Source of the DNA: a virus
Taxonomy: Duplodnaviria; Caudoviricetes
Strand: one strand, 5' to 3'
Length of the DNA: 64,000 nucleotides
Virus record (IMG/VR): IMGVR_UViG_3300042314_000891
Coordinates: 21,799 to 85,798 of that record
The notes below the pieces were generated by a model. That model worked only from the letters and a program-made list of their open reading frames with translations. It did not search any database and was not told the origin of the DNA. How positions within the stretch are numbered: position 1 is the stretch's first letter; each line of letters begins with the position of its first letter. Positions 30,596 through 36,931 of the stretch are shown piece by piece. A program made the position numbers and the translations under genes.

Positions 30596-30667
30596 GTTGA
30601 TGTGGCGCAGTGGTAGCGCAGTAGACTGTTAATCTATTGGTCGTAGGTTCGAATCCTACCATCAACG
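30596..30667 (+). tRNA. tRNA-Asn(GTT)
   Basis: Cloverleaf, loop CT-GTT-AA. Confidence 0.9.
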
Positions 30668-30675
30668 CAAGAATA

Positions 30676-30687
30676 AGTTCTTTGACA
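30676..30687 (+). promoter_or_regulatory. boxA-like antitermination element
   Basis: AGTTCTTTGACA resembles rrn boxA (E. coli TGCTCTTTAACA); second copy TGTTCTTTAAAA at 29281. Confidence 0.5.
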
Positions 30688-30699
30688 TAATGGTGAAAT

Positions 30700-30772
30700 A
30701 GTGGGTTAGCTCAATTGGTAGAGCGCCGTCTTTACATGGCGGATGTTGGGGGTTCAAGTCCCTCACTCACTA
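30700..30772 (+). tRNA. tRNA-Val(TAC)
   Basis: Cloverleaf, loop TT-TAC-AT. Confidence 0.9.
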
Positions 30773-30780
30773 CAATAGAT

Positions 30781-30854
30781 GTCCGTATGACGTAATTGGC
30801 AACCGTGCTGGTTTTAGAAACCAGATTGTGTAGGTTCGAATCCTACTATGGACA
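30781..30854 (+). tRNA. tRNA-Leu(TAG), short variable loop
   Basis: CTGGT-TT-TAG-AA-ACCAG, T-arm GTAGG-TTCGAAT-CCTAC. Confidence 0.8.
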
Positions 30855-30893
30855 CAGGTAGTTCCCGATGCTACATATCAAAATCGGACTTGG

Positions 30894-30970
30894 GGAGTAG
30901 TGGCAGATGAGGTTCATTGCGCTGGACTGAAAATCCAGAGGAACAGGTTCGATACCTGTCTGCTCCACCA
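30894..30970 (+). tRNA. tRNA-Phe(GAA)
   Basis: CTGGA-CT-GAA-AA-TCCAG, encoded CCA. Confidence 0.88.
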
Positions 30971-30972
30971 AT

Positions 30973-31045
30973 GAACTCGTAGCTCAATTGGTAGAGCACT
31001 ACACTTTTAATGTAGGGGTTTTGGGTTCGATTCCCAACGGGTTCA
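30973..31045 (+). tRNA. tRNA-Lys(TTT)
   Basis: Cloverleaf, loop CT-TTT-AA. Confidence 0.9.
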
Positions 31046-31051
31046 CAATAT

Positions 31052-31124
31052 AGGGTGGTATATCAATGGTTAGATTACTTGCTTTGGGAGCAAGAGGCTG
31101 TGAGTTCGAGTCTCGCTCACCCTA
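31052..31124 (+). tRNA. tRNA-Pro(TGG)
   Basis: CTTGC-TT-TGG-GA-GCAAG. Confidence 0.85.
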
Positions 31125-31127
31125 CAC

Positions 31128-31201
31128 AGAGATATAGCTCAATTGGTTAGAGCACCGACCTGATACGTCGGGGGTTATAGGTTCGAGTCCTATTTTCTCT
31201 A
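31128..31201 (+). tRNA. tRNA-Ile(GAT)
   Basis: CCGAC-CT-GAT-AC-GTCGG. Confidence 0.9.
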
Positions 31202-31271
31202 CACTTTTTCAACTTTTAGATAAAGGTTGGAAAATTTTTTGAAGGTAATTTTTTACTTTGGAAATAAATAC

Positions 31272-31342
31272 ATGTCTTTGGTGCAATGGTAGCATATCGG
31301 TCTCCAAAACCGCAGATGAAAGTTCGAATCTTTCAGGACGTG
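31272..31342 (+). tRNA. tRNA-Trp(CCA)
   Basis: Loop CT-CCA-AA, G73. Confidence 0.85.
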
Positions 31343-31346
31343 CAAT

Positions 31347-31418
31347 GGTTCTATGGTGTAATGGATAGCACCTGACACTACGGATGTCAAAGTTGGAGTT
31401 CGAGTCTCTATGGAACTA
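31347..31418 (+). tRNA. tRNA-Arg(ACG)
   Basis: TGACA-CT-ACG-GA-TGTCA. Confidence 0.9.
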
Positions 31419-31424
31419 CATTAT

Positions 31425-31495
31425 GGTGAATTGTCCGAGTGGTTAGGGAGTGCTCTGCAAAAGCATTTACATTGGTTCGAATCCAATATTCACCT
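31425..31495 (+). tRNA. tRNA-Cys(GCA)
   Basis: Loop CT-GCA-AA, U73. Confidence 0.88.
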
Positions 31496-31496
31496 C

Positions 31497-31573
31497 GTTG
31501 TTTATAGTGTTAATGGTCAGCACGTCAGTTTGTGGTACTGATAGTATGGGTTCGAATCCCATTAAACACCCCA
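31497..31573 (+). tRNA. tRNA-His(GTG)
   Basis: TCAGT-TT-GTG-GT-ACTGA, C73-CCA. Confidence 0.85.
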
Positions 31574-31576
31574 TAT

Positions 31577-31649
31577 TGCGTGGCTTGGTGGAAAAGAGCT
31601 ATCTCTCATAAGGAAAGCCAAGTGGGTTCGAACCCCACACACGCAACCA
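31577..31649 (+). tRNA. tRNA-Met(CAT), degenerate D and anticodon arms
   Basis: TGCGTG/CACGCA acceptor, CTCATAA loop, T-arm, ACCA end. Confidence 0.55.
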
Positions 31650-31727
31650 TAAAATAAAAAAGTAAAAAATGTTAGGAAATATAAAATAAATGTTGTATAT
31701 TTGTTAAATAAAATCTAAAAGTTAAAT

Positions 31728-33917
31728 ATGAAAAAGTTACAAATCACTCTAATAGGTATTTTCCTATTATTAGGTTGTGCAAAGGAAGAAGCACTACAAC
31801 CAACAATAATTGATACTCCACCATCTGTATTCACAGAGGATGCAATCAATGTTACACTAAAATCTGCATTTGTTGTAGGTAAAGTACAAGATGTTGCATA
31901 TTCACCTACAATTGAACGTGGGTTTATTTATGCAAGTAATGCAGATGTGAATGGATATGGTAATACCATTAAATTAGATACGAATATTACAATATTCAAA
32001 TCACAACTAACCAAACTAACCCCCAATAAAACTTATTACTATAAAGCATACGCCAAAAACAAATATGGTACTGCTTATGGTGAATTGAAGAATTTTACAA
32101 CGGGAGATTATCTTTTACCAACTTTAACTACCGATAGTTTAGGCAATATAACTCTTACATCGGTAAAACTATATGGTAATATCACAGATGATGGCGAAAC
32201 GCCCATATTAAAGCGTGGATTCTGTATTAGTACTAACCCAACACCAACAACTACCGATAGCACATTCAATACGGGTAATGGGATGGGTTTATTTGATTTA
32301 GTTGTAATCAAACTAAAAGCAGGTACAAAGTACAATGTTCGTGCCTTTGCTACAAATGCTATGGGTACATCCTATGGTAAAGAAATCAGTTTTTCAACAT
32401 TAGATTATAAACTACCTACAATCCAAACAAATTCAGTAACGGATATTGGATTAAATGTAGCAACATTAAGTGGGAATGTAAAAGATTTAGGTAGAGGTGA
32501 GTTAAAGGAACGTGGGATAGTTTTATCCAAATCACAAAACCCAACTATTGATGATATGAAATTCAAATCATCGGTTACGGATTTGGGAGAGTATAAGATT
32601 GTAGTTACTAAATTAGAAGTAAATACTAAATACTACGCAAGAGCATATACGCAGAATGAAGCAGGTATTGTATATGGTGATGAAGTAAATTTCTCAACAT
32701 TAGATTATACATTTGCAAAAATATCTACCAACGATATTGGGAATATCTCATTTAGGAGTGCAAGAATTGGTGGTGAGGTTACAAACGAAGGTAATACACC
32801 CGTAACTGAAAGAGGTGTAGTAATTAGTAGAGAGAAAACACCTACAATTTCAGATAGAAAACTTACAGTAGGAAATGGTTTGGGTGGATATATGGTAGAT
32901 GTAAATGAACTGATACCTAATTCAACATACTATATTAGAGCATATTGTATAAACTCAAAGGGTATAGTTTATGGTAATGAACGAAATTTCAGAACTTTGG
33001 ATGATACACCTCCACCAGCTCCAATAGTATCTATACCTACTATACCATCATCGCCTACAACACCACCACCAACAACATTTGTACCTGGACCTGTTGTAAC
33101 AACACCACCACCAACACTATCGGCATTGCCGGAGTATGTGAGTGTACCTGATAGTAGATTTGAACAGGCACTAATAGATAGAGGATACGATTTTGTATTG
33201 GATGGTAGAATAAGAACTGCACCAATCGCAAATGTAACTACAATTGAGATATTAGATAATATGAATATCAGTAATATCAGAGGTATAGAAGCATTCCCTA
33301 ATCTACAACGATTGCGTATTATTCACAATCAAATTAGTAGTGTAGATTTATCTAAAAATCCTAACTTAACTTGGGTTTCCTTTTGGGATAATAAATTGAC
33401 AAGTATTGATGTGAGTTCATTGTATAAGTTAGAGTATTTTGGAGCAGGTGATAATGATATTGTAACATTTGATGTTTCCAGAAATTACAATCTAAATGAA
33501 TTGGATTTTGGTAATACGGAAGGTAGAGCTGGATATGGAACAACTCGAGGTGTAACATCTATTGATATTTCACACAATCCAAAAATGCGCAGATTATATA
33601 TGCAAAACAATAGATTGACAAGTTTGAATATTAGTAGAAATAAATTGATTGAAGATGTTTGGGCGCATGATAATAAAATTGAATCTTTGGATTGTAGTAA
33701 TAACCCGAATTTATCATTTATAATAATGTGGAATAATAATTTAAGATACTTAAATATAAAAGGAACATATCAGGGTGGAGTGCCAGCACGTTTATATACA
33801 AAAAATAACCCTAATTTAGCAGAAATTAAAGTTACAAATGCAAGTAATATTTTAGCAAGAAGACAATTTTGTGAATATTGTTTCGTAATAGATAGTTGGA
33901 CAAAATATGTAGAATAA
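31728..33917 (+). CDS. Lipoprotein with fibronectin-III-like repeats, Pro/Thr linker and leucine-rich repeats
   Basis: Lipobox 'LLLGC'; four repeats ending 'YYxRAYxxNxxGxxYG'; LRRs 'NxLTSLDVSxN'; own TAnnTTTG promoter at 31696. Confidence 0.8.
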   Translation: MKKLQITLIGIFLLLGCAKEEALQPTIIDTPPSVFTEDAINVTLKSAFVVGKVQDVAYSPTIERGFIYASNADVNGYGNTIKLDTNITIFKSQLTKLTPNKTYYYKAYAKNKYGTAYGELKNFTTGDYLLPTLTTDSLGNITLTSVKLYGNITDDGETPILKRGFCISTNPTPTTTDSTFNTGNGMGLFDLVVIKLKAGTKYNVRAFATNAMGTSYGKEISFSTLDYKLPTIQTNSVTDIGLNVATLSGNVKDLGRGELKERGIVLSKSQNPTIDDMKFKSSVTDLGEYKIVVTKLEVNTKYYARAYTQNEAGIVYGDEVNFSTLDYTFAKISTNDIGNISFRSARIGGEVTNEGNTPVTERGVVISREKTPTISDRKLTVGNGLGGYMVDVNELIPNSTYYIRAYCINSKGIVYGNERNFRTLDDTPPPAPIVSIPTIPSSPTTPPPTTFVPGPVVTTPPPTLSALPEYVSVPDSRFEQALIDRGYDFVLDGRIRTAPIANVTTIEILDNMNISNIRGIEAFPNLQRLRIIHNQISSVDLSKNPNLTWVSFWDNKLTSIDVSSLYKLEYFGAGDNDIVTFDVSRNYNLNELDFGNTEGRAGYGTTRGVTSIDISHNPKMRRLYMQNNRLTSLNISRNKLIEDVWAHDNKIESLDCSNNPNLSFIIMWNNNLRYLNIKGTYQGGVPARLYTKNNPNLAEIKVTNASNILARRQFCEYCFVIDSWTKYVE

Positions 33918-33949
33918 TTTGGATATATGAAAAAAGTTTTGTATATTTG
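33918..33949 (+). promoter_or_regulatory. Bacteroidota-type promoter for second tRNA block
   Basis: TTTG-N20-TATATTTG. Confidence 0.75.
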
Positions 33950-33956
33950 TAGAGTT

Positions 33957-34039
33957 GCTCGAATGTTGGAATGGTAGACAAGACAGACTTAAAATCTGTT
34001 GTCCGTATGGGCGTGTGGGTTCAAGTCCCTCTTCGAGTA
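33957..34039 (+). tRNA. tRNA-Leu(TAA)
   Basis: Loop CT-TAA-AA, long variable arm. Confidence 0.9.
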
Positions 34040-34045
34040 CATAAT

Positions 34046-34122
34046 GGGGATTTAGTTCAGTTGGCTAGAACGCTTGATTTGCATTCAAGAGGTCGTGGGT
34101 TCGAATCCCACTTTCTCCACCA
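34046..34122 (+). tRNA. tRNA-Ala(TGC)
   Basis: GGGG start with G3-U70, loop TT-TGC-AT, CCA. Confidence 0.9.
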
Positions 34123-34132
34123 AAAGAAATAT

Positions 34133-34240
34133 GCCGGAGTGGCGGAACAAATGGGAAGTACAACCATTAGACGTGCCTGATTCGAAGTGGTGCAGTAACC
34201 GAAAAGGACTGCGTGTGGGTAGCCAATCCCTCCTCCGGTA
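34133..34240 (+). ncRNA. tRNA-like RNA with enlarged D-loop and irregular anticodon/T loops
   Basis: GCCGGAG/CTCCGGT acceptor, Leu-like 'TGGCGGAA...AGACG', variable-arm hairpin GCAGT/ACTGC. Confidence 0.55.
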
Positions 34241-34296
34241 CCTTATTTATCGTTGAAAGAAACGATATTAGATTTTATCGTTAGATTAAACGATAT

Positions 34297-34370
34297 GGAC
34301 TTGTAGCTCACTCGGTTAGAGCAGTTGACTCATAATCAAAAGGTAGTAGGTTCGATTCCTACCTGGTCCA
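34297..34370 (+). tRNA. tRNA with CAT anticodon, probably Ile2
   Basis: Cloverleaf, loop CT-CAT-AA, Ile2-like 5' end GGACTTGTAGCTCA. Confidence 0.8.
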
Positions 34371-34590
34371 CAACGAGTAAGAGATACTCGGTAGTCTTTA
34401 ATCCAAGACTCATTTAACAATGGATAGGGTATTGGACCGGACATCCTTAAACGCCGGTGTCGTGGGAATAAAGGAGAACGACACATCTCCTCCCCGTAGT
34501 GTTGACTTTTTAAGCAGTAAGATGCATTGGGTTTTTGAAAGGAAAAACTATAAATAACTACTCACAAGTAATCTCAATGTGGGGAAATTT

Positions 34591-34665
34591 GCAGGTATAG
34601 CACAGTGGTTAGTGCTCTGGTCTTCCAAACCGGAGACGTCAGTTCGAATCTGACTACCTGCTCCA
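34591..34665 (+). tRNA. tRNA-Gly(TCC), canonical
   Basis: Loop CT-TCC-AA, U73-CCA. Confidence 0.92.
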
Positions 34666-34780
34666 TAAGGAGCTCCCGCTTTAAGGTGAAGGACACGCGG
34701 GCGAATAACTTTCAGAGTAAGTTGTAAAAGAACTCGAAACCTTAAGTCTAGTGTGGGATGAGACTCCTACCCACACATTT

Positions 34781-34864
34781 GGGAGTATCGCATAGTGGCA
34801 ATTGCGGGTGACTGTAAATCACTTCTCTACGAGTTCGGAGGTTCGAGTCCTTCTACTCCCACCA
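34781..34864 (+). tRNA. tRNA-Tyr(GTA)
   Basis: Loop CT-GTA-AA, long variable arm, CCA. Confidence 0.9.
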
Positions 34865-34880
34865 AATAATCCCAATAAAG

Positions 34881-34912
34881 TTTGGAATTATAAAAGAAAA
34901 TACTTATATTTG
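34881..34912 (+). promoter_or_regulatory. Bacteroidota-type promoter upstream of tRNA-Glu
   Basis: TTTG-N20-TATATTTG. Confidence 0.75.
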
Positions 34913-34917
34913 TAAAT

Positions 34918-34991
34918 GCTCCGTTCGTCTAATTGGTTAGGACATCCGCCTTTCACGTGGAAGCTTACGGGTTCGATTCCCGTACGGAGTA
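34918..34991 (+). tRNA. tRNA-Glu(TTC)
   Basis: Loop CT-TTC-AC, D-arm CGTCTAA..AGGAC. Confidence 0.9.
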
Positions 34992-35089
34992 CAAAAGATT
35001 AACGTAAGTCGCCTATGTGGGTGAAACTAATTCCTCATTTGGGGAAGAGAAGATGTGATTTCTTTAATAGGTGTAGTTAATCTTTAATT

Positions 35090-35162
35090 GCTTCCGTAGC
35101 TCATATGGTAGAGCAGCTGACTTGTAATCAGCAGGTGGTTGGTTCGAGCCCGACCGGAAGCT
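35090..35162 (+). tRNA. tRNA-Thr(TGT)
   Basis: GCTGA-CT-TGT-AA-TCAGC. Confidence 0.9.
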
Positions 35163-35253
35163 CCGATTGATGTTTCGTTTGATGGTATGTTTTTAAGTTG
35201 CCAAAGTGCCGAAAGGATTACTTGATAAGTAAAAAGGATAAACCATCGTATTT

Positions 35254-35403
35254 GGCTCTATAATTGTTGAGGTAGCACCAAAGACAATGAGTGGGTGAAT
35301 GATGATTAAATGTAGGTGACACTCCTTAATACTAGGATTGGAGAGAAGAGTTGGTGCATTTAGTAAGTAGTTCATAAGATGGGTTCGATTCCCATTAGAG
35401 CTA
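35254..35403 (+). ncRNA. 150-nt tRNA-like RNA (acceptor and T arm with a large internal domain)
   Basis: GGCTCTA/TAGAGCT acceptor, ATGGG-TTCGATT-CCCAT T-arm, no recognisable anticodon arm. Confidence 0.6.
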
Positions 35404-35594
35404 CAAAACAAACGAAGACTATGGTGTAACCCCATGGTATATAAAATCCAAAATGGTCCTGTTGAAGCCGGAATAGTCATACAGGTCAGGAGAGAGTTAC
35501 TATAAGTGGGGAGTAATTAACCCAATACGAAATGTAACCACCAATGAAAATTGGTTATGATGTGTAGAAGGACACAAAAAGTTTGTTTTAATTT

Positions 35595-35668
35595 AGTTCG
35601 TTGGTGTAGAGGCCCAACATGCTTCCCTGTCACGGAAGAGACCACGGGTTCGAATCCCGTACGAACTG
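35595..35668 (+). tRNA. tRNA-Asp(GTC)
   Basis: CTTCC-CT-GTC-AC-GGAAG, G73. Confidence 0.9.
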
Positions 35669-35673
35669 CGAAT

Positions 35674-35744
35674 TGCTCGATGGTGTAGCGGTAGCACAAC
35701 TGTTTTTGGTGCAGTTAGGGTTGGTTCGAATCCAGCTCGGGTAA
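35674..35744 (+). tRNA. tRNA-Gln(TTG)
   Basis: Loop TT-TTG-GT, U1-A72. Confidence 0.88.
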
Positions 35745-35761
35745 CATTAAATAATATTATT

Positions 35762-36103
35762 ATGAAAGAATTAGGAATGTCTATTATGCTTTTATTCAAC
35801 ACATTGGGTGGTTCAATTGACCCAAAGTTTAGTGATGAAGCACCTTTGGTTGAAACTATAAAAATTGAAATCAGAGAATTACAAAGAAAAATCCAATGGG
35901 TTGATGCAACCGATGAGGATTATGCAAGTAAGTATGTTCGTATAGAAAAATTATCGAAAGATATTATAAAGAAAAAAGAACAACTTAAAAATATGGAGAA
36001 ACGTGCCAAACTTAAACAAAAGTGGGCATTGGAAGATTCATTGGAAATCCGTAAGAAATATCCACCAATTGTTTTGGATACTTTAAAGTCAGAACAAATT
36101 TAG
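35762..36103 (+). CDS. Hypothetical coiled-coil protein
   Basis: 113-aa ORF within the tRNA island. Confidence 0.6.
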   Translation: MKELGMSIMLLFNTLGGSIDPKFSDEAPLVETIKIEIRELQRKIQWVDATDEDYASKYVRIEKLSKDIIKKKEQLKNMEKRAKLKQKWALEDSLEIRKKYPPIVLDTLKSEQI

Positions 36104-36108
36104 TAAAA

Positions 36109-36194
36109 GGAGGGTTGGCAGAGTTGGTCTATTGCACCGGTCTTGAAAACCGGAGTCTGTAACAGGACCGTGAGTTCGAATCTCACACCCTCCT
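36109..36194 (+). tRNA. tRNA-Ser(TGA)
   Basis: CCGGT-CT-TGA-AA-ACCGG, long variable arm. Confidence 0.9.
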
Positions 36195-36199
36195 CATCT

Positions 36200-36271
36200 G
36201 GCTCCATAGGTAAACGGATATACCGTCGCTCTTCTAAAGCGAATTTCCAAGTTCGATTCTTGGTGGGGCTA
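36200..36271 (+). tRNA. tRNA-Arg(TCT)
   Basis: TCGCT-CT-TCT-AA-AGCGA. Confidence 0.88.
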
Positions 36272-36277
36272 CAATAT

Positions 36278-36366
36278 AGAGGGTTGGGTGAGTGGCTTAA
36301 ACCAGCAGTTTGCTAAACTGTCGTGGGGGTAATTCTCCACCAGCGGTTCGAATCCGCTATCCTCTA
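36278..36366 (+). tRNA. tRNA-Ser(GCT)
   Basis: GCAGT-TT-GCT-AA-ACTGT, long variable arm. Confidence 0.9.
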
Positions 36367-36394
36367 CATTTGTTATAAGTTAATATTTATAGGT

Positions 36395-36721
36395 ATGATA
36401 AAGTTAAAACACATATTGAAAGAAGAATTGGTAAAAGATACTGATTTTTTAGATTTTGCAGATAACAGATTGGGTGGAGCTACAAAAATAGCACAAACTG
36501 CTAAAGAAAAAGGTGGAGATGCATTACTAACATACCATCACTTTGCTGTTAAGCTACCTTATTATGAGAAAGCAAAAAATGGTGAACTAGATATTGATAC
36601 CGCTAAAAAAGAGTTTATAGAAACATTGGGTAAAATATCATTAGATATGGACCAAACTACATTTCAAATTGAAGTAGGTAGATTGGAAGTATTGGGTGAA
36701 CTATTCATAAAAAATAAATAA
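36395..36721 (+). CDS. Hypothetical protein (N-terminus MIKLKHILKEE)
   Basis: ATG at 36395 after ATATTTATA; the track's upstream extension overlaps tRNA-Ser. Confidence 0.65.
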   Translation: MIKLKHILKEELVKDTDFLDFADNRLGGATKIAQTAKEKGGDALLTYHHFAVKLPYYEKAKNGELDIDTAKKEFIETLGKISLDMDQTTFQIEVGRLEVLGELFIKNK

Positions 36722-36753
36722 TAAAAATATAAGGTTACACAAACCTTAAAAAT

Positions 36754-36914
36754 TGTGATGTGGCGAAATTGGCAGACGCACCCTCCTGTCTCGGGGGCGG
36801 GGATAAATAAATAAAGTAAGAATAATAAAGGGGTTGACCACCTAGCTTCCGGAAGCGCCAAAAATTGTTCTTTACCTAATTACCTTATGGATGGTTCGAA
36901 TCCTCCCATTACAG
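36754..36914 (+). ncRNA. tRNA-Asp(GTC)-like RNA with ~85-90-nt variable-arm insertion
   Basis: TGTGATG/CATTACA-G acceptor, D-arm, CCCTC-CT-GTC-TC-GGGGG, GGTTCGAATCC T-loop. Confidence 0.65.
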
Positions 36915-36931
36915 CAATTAAACCAAACAAA

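Noticed and set aside
34245-34296. Twin TTTATCGTT...AAACGATAT hairpins
   Set aside because: Short AT-rich local duplication; no further evidence of function.
34666-34712. HDV-like theta ribozyme after tRNA-Gly (GGCGAAT motif)
   Set aside because: I could not build the nested P1/P2/P3 double pseudoknot; kept only as a generic ribozyme candidate.
33971-35802. Short ORFs overlapping tRNA genes (33971, 34074, 35193, 35517, 35593)
   Set aside because: Shadow translations of tRNA and ncRNA sequence.
30596-36366. Stop-codon reassignment or suppressor tRNAs
   Set aside because: Genes are intact under the standard code, and no CTA, TTA or TCA anticodon was found; Leu(TAG), Leu(TAA) and Ser(TGA) are sense anticodons.
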